From Chitinophagales bacterium (GTDB lineage Bacteria; Bacteroidota; Bacteroidia; Chitinophagales; LD1): a stretch of DNA of 64,000 bases. The notes under the pieces are model-generated. The model was not told the origin of the DNA. It worked only from the letters and a program-made list of their open reading frames with translations, and did not search any database. Location: positions 23,308 to 87,307 of the forward strand of contig JBGAVP010000014.1 in the NCBI GenBank assembly GCA_044228065.1, written 5' to 3'. The position numbers and the translations under genes were made by a program. Positions 37,488 through 46,290 of the stretch are shown here, one piece after another. The number at the start of each line of letters is the position of its first letter. Within the stretch, counting starts at the first letter, position 1.

Positions 37488-38948
37488 ATGATGAAAATGG
37501 TTTCTGCGCTTCCTAAGCAATTAGGATTTATGCTTATCGTATTAATGACGTTTACCAATTCGCTCTGTGCGCAAGAGGAACAGTCAGAAGCAAAAATCCT
37601 AAAGATGAATGATAGTCCCGAAAAGATTAATCAATTAAATTCCTTAGCGAAAAGTTTAATTTCTTCTAAACCAAAAAAAACAATCAAGCTAGCAGATGCG
37701 GCATTGGATATAGCTATTAAACTAGATTATGTAGAAGGTGAAATGGCTGCTGAGCAGAATCTCTACCTTGCTTACCAAGCTACCAAAGATGCAACAAAGG
37801 CAAAAAAATATTTTGCCATGTACGAAAAAACAAAAGATAGAGCTACTAAAATACTGCAACTAAGAGAAGAGGTAGAACGAAAAAAACAAGAGTTAGAAGC
37901 GAGTTCTAAAGCCATGCAAGAACAGCTTAGCCGAAAAGATCAAGATATGAGTTCGCTCAATAAAAAACTAGAGTTGACTCAAATGCAAACTCAAAAAATA
38001 AAAAACGAAAAAGATAAGATTAGCAAAGAAAATGATTCTATTACTGATTTAATGCGACTCCAAATTCTAGAAAAAGCAGCCATAGAAGATTCATTGACGC
38101 TGCTATCGCTAGATAATCAGTTAAGAAACGCTGAAATGGAAGTACAGCGGGCAAATCAGAAGAATTTCAAAATTGGATTGATGTTGGTGTTTACTATGCT
38201 TACTGTAGCATTGGCAGGTTTGTTTTTACTAGTGCGCTCATCTAAAAAACTAACCCAATCGAATAAAATAATATCACAACAAAAAATAGAAGTAGAAAAA
38301 CAACGAAACCGCTCTGATGATTTACTCTTAAATATTTTGCCAGAAAATATAGCCGATGAGTTAAAACAGAATGGACTAGTAGTGCCTAAGTACTATCCTA
38401 ATGTAACCGTACTTTTTGCAGACTTTAAAAACTTTACAGGCATTAGTGCCAAACTTACTCCTGAGCAATTGGTTAACGAAATTGATTACTATTTCCAAAA
38501 TCTGGATTTGCTGATGGAAAAGTATGGGATAGAAAAAATTAAAACGATTGGTGATGCCTACATGTGTGTAAGCGGCCTAAACTCAGATGCAGGAACACAT
38601 GCTAAAACAATGATTCGCTTAGCCTTGGATATTCAAAAATTCATGGAAGAAGATAAGGCTATTAGAAAGAAAGAAAAACGTCAAATCTGGGAACTTAGGA
38701 TTGGAATTAATTCTGGTTCAGTAGTAGGAGGTGTTGTAGGTTCTAAAAAATTTGCTTTTGATATTTGGGGAGATACCGTAAATGTGGCAAGCCGCATGGA
38801 ATCTAACGGAGAGGTGGGAAAGGTAAACATTTCGCAAGATGTATATCTGCAAATAAAAGATGAATTTGTATGTACTCACAGAGGTAGAATACCTATCAAA
38901 AACAAGGATGAAGTAGATATGTATTTTGTAGAGAAAGTAATTTCGTAG
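37488..38948 (+). CDS. class III adenylate/guanylate cyclase with a signal peptide, extracytoplasmic helical/coiled-coil region and one TM
   Basis: Cyclase core VTVLFADFKNFTG, IKTIGDAYMCVSG, RIGINSGSVVGGVVG, FDIWGDTVNVASRMES. Confidence 0.88.
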   Translation: MMKMVSALPKQLGFMLIVLMTFTNSLCAQEEQSEAKILKMNDSPEKINQLNSLAKSLISSKPKKTIKLADAALDIAIKLDYVEGEMAAEQNLYLAYQATKDATKAKKYFAMYEKTKDRATKILQLREEVERKKQELEASSKAMQEQLSRKDQDMSSLNKKLELTQMQTQKIKNEKDKISKENDSITDLMRLQILEKAAIEDSLTLLSLDNQLRNAEMEVQRANQKNFKIGLMLVFTMLTVALAGLFLLVRSSKKLTQSNKIISQQKIEVEKQRNRSDDLLLNILPENIADELKQNGLVVPKYYPNVTVLFADFKNFTGISAKLTPEQLVNEIDYYFQNLDLLMEKYGIEKIKTIGDAYMCVSGLNSDAGTHAKTMIRLALDIQKFMEEDKAIRKKEKRQIWELRIGINSGSVVGGVVGSKKFAFDIWGDTVNVASRMESNGEVGKVNISQDVYLQIKDEFVCTHRGRIPIKNKDEVDMYFVEKVIS

Positions 38949-38973
38949 TAAGATTACTTTTTAAATACAAATT

Positions 38974-40977
38974 TCATTCAATCTGCCTCAACGCATCTCT
39001 CAACGTCTTTACAGGCAGTCCACAAGTTTTATTTCGACACACATATATCCAAGTTTCAGTTGCCTTAAATTTATCTTGTAGTAATGTAAGTTCGCTGTTT
39101 TGCTCTGCACCTAAAACAAGTACATTGGGAAGATAATATTGCTGAAGTTCATCTCTAACCTTAGCTGCATTTTCACCCACTATAGCTACTTCATAAGGTG
39201 GGTCTATTAACCAATCCATCAGTTGCGCCCAATTGGCGTAAAAGGTAGGATAGCCTAGAGTTGTTTCTTTCATATTCATCATCAGCTGACGAGATATGGA
39301 AAGGAAATTATTTTCTTCTAAATAAGTACCTAACTGAAATAAAACCTTTGCCATGCTTGAATTAGAAGCTGGTATCACATTGTCGGATGTTTCTGTTTTG
39401 CGGGCTATCAAGGCACTATCATCACTCGAAGTATAGAAGAAAACTCCTCTGTCAGCATCATAGAATTTTGCAATTACCTGATGGACTATGCCTTTTGAAA
39501 GTCGCAGCCACTCTTCATTAAAAGTCACCTGATACAAGGCAATGAAAGCCTCACAAACAAAGGAATAATCATCTAAAAATCCATTGATAGTTGATGTTCC
39601 ATTTTTATGATTGCGAGTCAAACGAAAATCATTTTGCAAACAACTTTCCTTTATAAATTGAGCATTTTGCAACGCCACTTCCAAAAACTGCTTATCACCA
39701 AAGGCTTTGTAGGCATCTACATATCCCTTTAGCATCAAGGCATTCCAGGAGGCGAGTATTTTATCATCCAATCCTGGTCGAATGCGTTTAGCTCTTTCCA
39801 TGAGCAGGGTTTGTTTCCATGCATTGAGTTGGGAGTTGGAAGTTGGGAGTTCGGAGTTGCAATTTCCCTGCTCTCTGTTTTCTAACTTCTCTTCTCTGAC
39901 AATTAAATTATTTTCTCCTTCAAAATTTCCTTCTTTGCTTACATAATAATGCGCTACAAAAGCATCAAATTCCTTCTTCAAAATCTCTTTCAACTCCTCA
40001 TAACTCCACACATAAAATTTCCCCTCCACTCCTTCCGAGTCGGCATCCAGAGAGGAATAGAATCCTCCACTCTTATCCATTAACTCACGGGCTACAAACG
40101 ACAAGGTTTCATACACCACTGTTTTGTAAGCTTCATTTTTTGTCAACTGATAATCCTCCGAATAAACAGAAACCAATTGTGCATTATCGTACAGCATTTT
40201 CTCAAAGTGCGGAATCTCCCATTCTCCATCTACCGAATAGCGCGCAAATCCACCACCTACCTGATCGTAAATACCACCTCGAAGCATATTATCGAGCGTT
40301 ACAGTAAGTGCTTGGAGTGCCTTTTCATTTTTAGTGTAGTAATAATTTCGTAATAAATAATGCAGATTGGCAGGCATCGGAAACTTAGGCGCACCTGCTC
40401 TCCCACCCTTTTCATAATCCCAAACTGCATCAAATTTTTTAAAAATCAAATCTCTGTCACTAGCCTGAAAGCTAATATCAGTAATAAAATCGAGCTTATC
40501 CATCACTTTGATACCACGAGTAATTTCAGTGGCTTGTGTGAGTGCTTCCTCCCGTTTATTTTGATAATAATCATGAAAGTATAAAAGCACTTGTTTCCAA
40601 TGGTCTCGAGGAAAATAAGTACCCGCATAGATAGGTCTGCCATCTGGTAAACAAATGGCATTTAATGGCCAACCACCTCTCCCAGTAATGATTTGAACAG
40701 CATCCATATACACCTGATCTACATCGGGCCGCTCCTCTCTATCTACTTTTATGCAAACAAAAAAATCGTTCATAATTTTTGCTACATCTGTATCTTCAAA
40801 ACTCTCATGCTCCATCACATGACACCAATGACAAGCAGAGTAACCAATACTTACTAGCACGAGTTTATTTTCTGTTTTCGCTAGATTCCATGCCTTGTCA
40901 TTCCAAGCTTTCCAATCCACAGGATTATTGGCATGTTGCAAAAGGTAAGGACTGCTTTCGTGATGTAGTTCATTCAT
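38974..40977 (-). CDS. thioredoxin-domain protein of the DUF255 / YyaL type (thioredoxin fold plus alpha/alpha-barrel)
   Basis: N-terminus [17 protein letters not shown]...[17 protein letters not shown]. 667 aa. Confidence 0.88.
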   Translation of the reverse strand: MNELHHESSPYLLQHANNPVDWKAWNDKAWNLAKTENKLVLVSIGYSACHWCHVMEHESFEDTDVAKIMNDFFVCIKVDREERPDVDQVYMDAVQIITGRGGWPLNAICLPDGRPIYAGTYFPRDHWKQVLLYFHDYYQNKREEALTQATEITRGIKVMDKLDFITDISFQASDRDLIFKKFDAVWDYEKGGRAGAPKFPMPANLHYLLRNYYYTKNEKALQALTVTLDNMLRGGIYDQVGGGFARYSVDGEWEIPHFEKMLYDNAQLVSVYSEDYQLTKNEAYKTVVYETLSFVARELMDKSGGFYSSLDADSEGVEGKFYVWSYEELKEILKKEFDAFVAHYYVSKEGNFEGENNLIVREEKLENREQGNCNSELPTSNSQLNAWKQTLLMERAKRIRPGLDDKILASWNALMLKGYVDAYKAFGDKQFLEVALQNAQFIKESCLQNDFRLTRNHKNGTSTINGFLDDYSFVCEAFIALYQVTFNEEWLRLSKGIVHQVIAKFYDADRGVFFYTSSDDSALIARKTETSDNVIPASNSSMAKVLFQLGTYLEENNFLSISRQLMMNMKETTLGYPTFYANWAQLMDWLIDPPYEVAIVGENAAKVRDELQQYYLPNVLVLGAEQNSELTLLQDKFKATETWIYVCRNKTCGLPVKTLRDALRQIE

Positions 40978-41097
40978 AATTACTAGTTCAAGTTTATTCT
41001 TAGAAAGAACTTTTTAACTTTAGCTAGTTATCTATACATATTTATAGATATAACCATCAATGTAAGTACAAATTAATATCTAAATAAAATTACCATT

Positions 41098-41217
41098 ATG
41101 AAAAAAAGTACTTTTCTAATTCTTTCTTTTCTTGCTGTTTCATTTCTTTTCTCTTGCAAAAAAGAATTAAGCAATCCCTCAGGTAAAACTTATAAAATAA
41201 AAATACAGCCGTTGTGA
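41098..41217 (+). CDS. 39-codon ORF consisting of a lipoprotein signal peptide plus 19 residues (possible remnant)
   Basis: MKKSTFLILSFLAVSFLFSCKKELSNPSGKTYKIKIQPL-stop. Followed by about 200 bp with no ORF. Confidence 0.25.
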   Translation: MKKSTFLILSFLAVSFLFSCKKELSNPSGKTYKIKIQPL

Positions 41218-41422
41218 AGTAACATATATAGGAGAATAAACAAACAGAGCAGAGACATAGAAAAAGGTCGAAGAGATTCGCTTAAATATTCATCTGCACC
41301 TCAAGGAAACCAATATTTGTAACCACACCCATGTTTCTGTGTGTTAACAGTTTTCAAAAAATAGTTTAAAGACTCTTCTATCAACAATCTAAAAACCTTA
41401 TTATTGCCCTTCAATTTGCAAT

Positions 41423-42427
41423 TTGAAAATATCTGCTTCTATATATTCTAACAAACAGCGTACACTTGAAGAATTGGTGATGCAGTTAGATGCTCACGGC
41501 ATTGATATGCTACATGTAGATTGTGCTGATAATGAAAGTGTGTTTGAAGATATTCGTGCTATTAAAAAATATAGCCAAACCCCTATTGACCTACACTTAA
41601 TTTCTCCTCAGCCAGAAAAATATTTTCCACTAATCAAAGAATTGGAAATTGAATTTGTTTCTATTCAATATGAGCTAGTGAAAAGCTTACCCAATACAAG
41701 CGATTTGCCCAAGACAAAATTTGGATTGGCTATTACAAAGGATACTGCTTTGGATTTTCTAAGTGAGAAATGGGTTTCGGCATTTTCATTTGTAATGCTC
41801 ATGTGCACTGAGCCTGGTAAAAGTGGTGGTGTATTTGCCAAAGAAAACTTCCAAAGAATTATAGAGGTAAAGAATCAATTTCCTTCGCTCAAAATTCAGA
41901 TAGATGGCGGAGTGAATAATGAAATTGCATTTATCCTAAAACTATTGGGTATTGACTCTGTAGTTTCAGGGTCTTATTTGCTTGGTCAGGAATCTCTAAG
42001 TGCTGGGATGATGAGCTTTTTCAAAGCTCCAATTGCCGATAATTTTTTGGTAAAAGATTTCTATACACCATTATCGTATCTGCCTATAATACCTAAAAGC
42101 GAAGTCAATTTCAAGAAAGTATTGCAAGTGATAGAGCATTACAAACAAGGCTTTGCTTTGGTCACAGATGAATACAATAGACTGGAAGGTGTAATAAGTA
42201 ATGCCGATGTGCGCAGAGGAATTTTGCAACAATTAGAGCATTTAGAAAAAATAGATGTAACAGAAATGATAAATAGAACGCCCGTAAAACTGAATGAGTT
42301 TGATTCTTTGGGAGCTATGTTGAAAACTGTAAATGAACTTAATTTCATTGTACTATTTTTGCCCGTAACGGATAGCGATAACATACTGAAAGGAGCCTTA
42401 CTGTTGAATAATTTAACAAGAGGATGA
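41423..42427 (+). CDS. ribulose-phosphate 3-epimerase-like TIM barrel fused to a C-terminal CBS pair
   Basis: TTG start. Rpe-like landmarks MKISASIYS, HVD, DLHLI, TEPGKSGG, QIDGGVN, SGSYL. CBS-like ALVTDEYNRLEGVISNADVRRG and FLPVTDSDNILKGALLLNNL. Confidence 0.7.
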   Translation: MKISASIYSNKQRTLEELVMQLDAHGIDMLHVDCADNESVFEDIRAIKKYSQTPIDLHLISPQPEKYFPLIKELEIEFVSIQYELVKSLPNTSDLPKTKFGLAITKDTALDFLSEKWVSAFSFVMLMCTEPGKSGGVFAKENFQRIIEVKNQFPSLKIQIDGGVNNEIAFILKLLGIDSVVSGSYLLGQESLSAGMMSFFKAPIADNFLVKDFYTPLSYLPIIPKSEVNFKKVLQVIEHYKQGFALVTDEYNRLEGVISNADVRRGILQQLEHLEKIDVTEMINRTPVKLNEFDSLGAMLKTVNELNFIVLFLPVTDSDNILKGALLLNNLTRG

Positions 42428-42556
42428 AAATAGACATCAGAAGTAAGATGTTAGAAAACAGAAATAAGACATTAGATTTAAGATATTTAATAAAAGTAAA
42501 CAGAGTTTTGAAATTTATTGATCTCACTACTCAATCTCACTTATCAATACTAGAAA

Positions 42557-43537
42557 ATGATAATACACTTACAACTAACTATCACAGAAGAAAAAGCAAA
42601 AGACCTAGCGCATAGAAATGAATCTATTCTACTAAAAGGCGATGGAGATTTTATTTTGCTCACCTCTTCTAAACTGAAAGAAGTAAATGACGAACTCAAA
42701 CAAGCTGCCACTAACATTTTTGTAACTGATTCTGATATTCAATTAGCGAGCAAAAAATATCTTTCCAACGTCAGAAAAACAGACTTGGGAAATACCGTGA
42801 TTGGAGGCGATTCCAACAATACAGTTGTGATTACTGGACCTTGCTCTGTAGAGTCAGAAGAGCAGATAGAACAATCTGCTCAATTATGTGTAGAGTTAGG
42901 TGTAAAAGTATTACGGGCAGGGGCTTTTAAGCCACGTACCTCACCTTATACTTTCCAAGGATTGGGATTAGAAGGTTTGAAATTGTTAGATAAAATGCGC
43001 AGAAAATATGGACTGCAAATCATCACAGAAGTACGCGATAGCACCCACATAGACGAGGTGATAGAATATGCCGATATTATTCAAATAGGCGCCAAGGCAA
43101 TGTATGACCAAGGAATTTTAAGAAAGTGTGGAAAAATTCAAAAGCCAGTACTCATCAAAAGGGGTTTTGGTACTACGCTTCAAGAATTTGTACAAGCAGC
43201 AGAGTTTGTATTAAGTGGCGGAAATCCGAATGTTATTTTGTGCGAAAGAGGCATCAGAACCTTTGAAACGAAAACAAGATTTACCTTGGATTTGTGTGGT
43301 GTAAGTTGGCTAAAAGAATATAGCAATCTGCCTATCATTTTAGACCCAAGTCATGCCATAGGATATGCTTACGGAGTGGCCGATTTATCCCGGGCTTGTG
43401 TAGCCATGGGCATAGATGGATTGTTGATAGAAACTCATCCCAATCCTAAAGTAGCCAAATCAGATGCAGAGCAACAATTAGACTTTAATCAAATCCGAAC
43501 GCTACATGCTAGTTTAACGAAAGATTGGCGAATATAA
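42557..43537 (+). CDS. 3-deoxy-7-phosphoheptulonate (DAHP) synthase, type I-beta, with an N-terminal ferredoxin-like regulatory domain
   Basis: [44 protein letters not shown]. About 90-aa N-terminal domain laid out like Thermotoga-type DAHPS. Confidence 0.85.
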   Translation: MIIHLQLTITEEKAKDLAHRNESILLKGDGDFILLTSSKLKEVNDELKQAATNIFVTDSDIQLASKKYLSNVRKTDLGNTVIGGDSNNTVVITGPCSVESEEQIEQSAQLCVELGVKVLRAGAFKPRTSPYTFQGLGLEGLKLLDKMRRKYGLQIITEVRDSTHIDEVIEYADIIQIGAKAMYDQGILRKCGKIQKPVLIKRGFGTTLQEFVQAAEFVLSGGNPNVILCERGIRTFETKTRFTLDLCGVSWLKEYSNLPIILDPSHAIGYAYGVADLSRACVAMGIDGLLIETHPNPKVAKSDAEQQLDFNQIRTLHASLTKDWRI

Positions 43538-43712
43538 GAATGTAGGAGAAATTTGTAAGCTGGTACTAAAGACTAATGACCAACAATCAAAACCAGTTAC
43601 TAATTCAAAAAACACCAAACAATTTCAAACAAATACTAAAAGTTACAAAAATATAAACTCGTTGACCCGAAAACTCGAAAACCTGTAACCATTTCAAACC
43701 ACTTCAACCCTA

Positions 43713-43829
43713 ATGACAGACAAGTATTCACAACGCGGAGTTTCAGCCAGCAAAGAAGATGTACATGCTGCTGTTAAAGATTTGTATCACGGTTTATACC
43801 CAAAATCTTTTGCAACATATCCTGATTAA
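43713..43829 (+). pseudogene. N-terminal 38 codons of the AIR synthase-related (PurM-like) gene, out of frame with the body
   Basis: MTDKYSQRGVSASKEDVHAAVKDLYHGLYPKSFATYPD-stop. A third short frame (43829..43861, MAGKHDAFVML) bridges to the main ORF. Confidence 0.5.
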
Positions 43830-43860
43830 TGGCAGGTAAACACGATGCCTTTGTAATGCT

Positions 43861-44877
43861 ATGAGTGCCGATGGCTCTGGAACAAAATCTATTTTGGCAT
43901 ATTTGTACTGGAACGAAACGGGCGATCTATCGGTTTGGAAAGGAATAGCGCAAGATGCGATTGTGATGAATTTAGATGACTTACTCTGTGTGGGCGCTAC
44001 TAGTAATTTCTTATTTACCTCTGTGATAAATCGCAACAAAAGCAAAATTCCAGGAGAAGTAATTGCGGAAATAATCAAGGGCACACAAGAGTTTTTTGAA
44101 CGCATGAATGATTATGGAATTCATATCAATTTCATGGGTGGAGAAACTGCTGATTTGGGGGATATAGTTCGCACTGTCACAGTAGATGCCGCTATGACTG
44201 CTCGCCTAAAAAAAGAGCAATTAGTTCTCACTAAAAACATTCAGCCAAGCAATATAATTATTGGGCTTTCATCAGCTGGACAAGCAACTTACGAAGACAC
44301 CTATAACTCAGGTATATCAAGCAACGGACTCACATCTGCCAGACACGATGTATTGAGTAAATACTATGCCGAAAAGTATCCTGAAACTTTCGATTCCACT
44401 ATTGAAAGTAGCTTGGTTTATTCAGGTTCTAAAAAAGTAACCGATACTTTAGAAGGTACTCCTCTAAATATCGGACAGGCGCTCCTCTCTCCTACTCGTA
44501 CTTTCGCTCCTGTGGTTAAAAAGATGTTGGAAGAAATGCCAAACGAAATCAAGGGAATTATAAATTGTACAGGTGGTGCGCATACAAAGGTATTGCATTA
44601 CATAGAGAATTTAAGAATCGTAAAATACAATTTATTGCCCATTGCACCTATCTTCCAGACCATACAATCGGAGTCTAAAACAGAATGGAAAGAAATGTAT
44701 AAAGTGCTTAACTGTGGTACGCGCTTAGAAATCTACACCGATAAAAAGAATCTTTCTGCTGTTGTTGATATAGCAAAATCTTATGGAATAGAAGCACAAC
44801 AAATTGGCTATGTAGAAGCAGCTGAGACAAACGAAGTAATCTTGAAAACAGCGCAAGGAGAATTTCAATATTCCTAA
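43861..44877 (+). CDS. AIR synthase-related (PurM/ThiL/SelD superfamily) protein, main fragment
   Basis: SADGSGTKSILAY...GIAQDAIVMNLDDLLCVGA N-domain motif plus a PurM-type C domain. Confidence 0.8.
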   Translation: MSADGSGTKSILAYLYWNETGDLSVWKGIAQDAIVMNLDDLLCVGATSNFLFTSVINRNKSKIPGEVIAEIIKGTQEFFERMNDYGIHINFMGGETADLGDIVRTVTVDAAMTARLKKEQLVLTKNIQPSNIIIGLSSAGQATYEDTYNSGISSNGLTSARHDVLSKYYAEKYPETFDSTIESSLVYSGSKKVTDTLEGTPLNIGQALLSPTRTFAPVVKKMLEEMPNEIKGIINCTGGAHTKVLHYIENLRIVKYNLLPIAPIFQTIQSESKTEWKEMYKVLNCGTRLEIYTDKKNLSAVVDIAKSYGIEAQQIGYVEAAETNEVILKTAQGEFQYS

Positions 44878-44946
44878 GAACTAATGTTGACTAATAAAAT
44901 CAGTCATTAACTAATCAACAACATTAAGAACAATAGTTATTTACAT

Positions 44947-44982
44947 AAAAAAAGCGCCCTGCAAATTCATGCAGGACGCTTT
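44947..44982. terminator. hairpin terminator between convergent genes (strong U-tract on the minus strand)
   Basis: GCGCCCTGCA-AATTCA-TGCAGGACGC with one mismatch. A7 upstream and TTT downstream on the plus strand. Confidence 0.55.
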
Positions 44983-45003
44983 CCACTTTATTCAAAAAAT
45001 CAA

Positions 45004-45633
45004 TTATTGAATAATTTTAATTCTCTTAGTAATCAACTTTCCATCTACTAAGATACGAACAAGATACATTCCTTGAGCTAAATCAGAAGTATTGATTTCT
45101 GTTTTTGAATTCCTAGGCTCTGCAGATGACATTAATCTACCGAGAACATCGTATAATTCAATCTTATCAATATTAAATCCTTTTACTTCTACTACGAAAT
45201 AATCTTTAGCAGGATTTGGATAAACAGAAACCTGAGCGTTTACGGCTTCTAATGTTGCTATTCCTACATTTCCTCCTACAACAAAAGTAGAAGAAGCAGC
45301 ACATCCATTAGCATCCGTAACTACTACAGAATATACTCCTGGAACTAAGCCTGTTAAATCTTGCGTAATAGCTCCATTATTCCAAAGGTACTTAAATCCA
45401 CCTACACCACCAGTTACGGTTATATCAATTGCTCCGTTAGATGCAGTAGAATTCGTTACAGTACTATTTACAATAAGAGGAGTAGCAGGTTGCGCAATAG
45501 GATATGATTTTGAAACACTGCAACCATTTGCATCCGTAACCGATATACCATAATTTCCTATTGGGATTAAAATTATCTTCTGTAACAGGACCATTTGACC
45601 AAGCAATTTACCTGTAGGTGTACCACCACTCAC
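45004..45633 (-). CDS. C-terminal fragment of the SprB-repeat surface protein, with a T9SS type A sorting domain
   Basis: SprB-type unit ...GGFKYLWNNGAITQDLTGLVPGVYSVVVTDANGC. Tail VSVYPNPAKDYFVVEV...GMYLVRILVDGKLITKRIKIIQ. Confidence 0.8.
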   Translation of the reverse strand: MSGGTPTGKLLGQMVLLQKIILIPIGNYGISVTDANGCSVSKSYPIAQPATPLIVNSTVTNSTASNGAIDITVTGGVGGFKYLWNNGAITQDLTGLVPGVYSVVVTDANGCAASSTFVVGGNVGIATLEAVNAQVSVYPNPAKDYFVVEVKGFNIDKIELYDVLGRLMSSAEPRNSKTEINTSDLAQGMYLVRILVDGKLITKRIKIIQ

Positions 45634-45769
45634 ACTTAAATCTACTACTCCATTGTTTCCTCCATAGCAAGTTACATTAGAAACATTTGCTGTAGCAGAT
45701 AAAGTAGCTGGCTCATATACTGATGCTGGGAATACTTTTACACAACCATTTGCATCTTTTACATAAATG

Positions 45770-46135
45770 TTATAAGAACCTCCTGGAAGTCAGTAAAATC
45801 TGTAGACGTTTGATAGATGAACCTGTCAAACTATATTTCCAAGCACCCGTTCCTCCTCTAGCAGTTACATAAAGAGTTCCGTTACGTGCTCCATGACAAG
45901 TTACATTTAAAGAACTATAAGTTGCTGTTATTGGATTTGGCTCTAGAATTCTTGCATTTACATAACCCAAGCAACCTCCAGCGTCTTTAACAATAATAGT
46001 ATAAGTACCAGCAGGTAAATTTGAGAAAACTTTACTTGACTGATAAGAACTTCCTCCGTTAATACTATAAGCCAAGGTACCATTACCACCGCCTACTAGA
46101 AGTGTTACAGATCCTGTAGAACTTCCATTACACAA
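45770..46135 (-). CDS. middle fragment of the same SprB-repeat protein
   Basis: CNGSSTGSVTLLVGGGNGTLAYSINGGSSYQSS...YTIIVKDAGGC units. The frame is open upstream to a TGA at 46319..46321. Confidence 0.7.
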   Translation of the reverse strand: MCNGSSTGSVTLLVGGGNGTLAYSINGGSSYQSSKVFSNLPAGTYTIIVKDAGGCLGYVNARILEPNPITATYSSLNVTCHGARNGTLYVTARGGTGAWKYSLTGSSIKRLQILLTSRRFL

Positions 46136-46290
46136 TTCATTTACAATTGAAGTAGTTATAACAAAAGCACTTGGTTCTGTAATATTTACAGTTCCATTTC
46201 CAGTACAACCTACAGCATCTTTTACAGTTACATTATAAGTACCTGCAGGTAAGCTATTGAATACCGGTGAAGTTTGGAAAGTAGTTCCGT

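Noticed and set aside
42424-42615. 63-codon ORF spanning the gap between the Rpe-like gene and the DAHPS gene as an aromatic-amino-acid leader peptide or attenuator.
   Set aside because: It has no Phe/Tyr/Trp codon run and no alternative terminator/antiterminator hairpins. It overlaps the confident DAHPS start.
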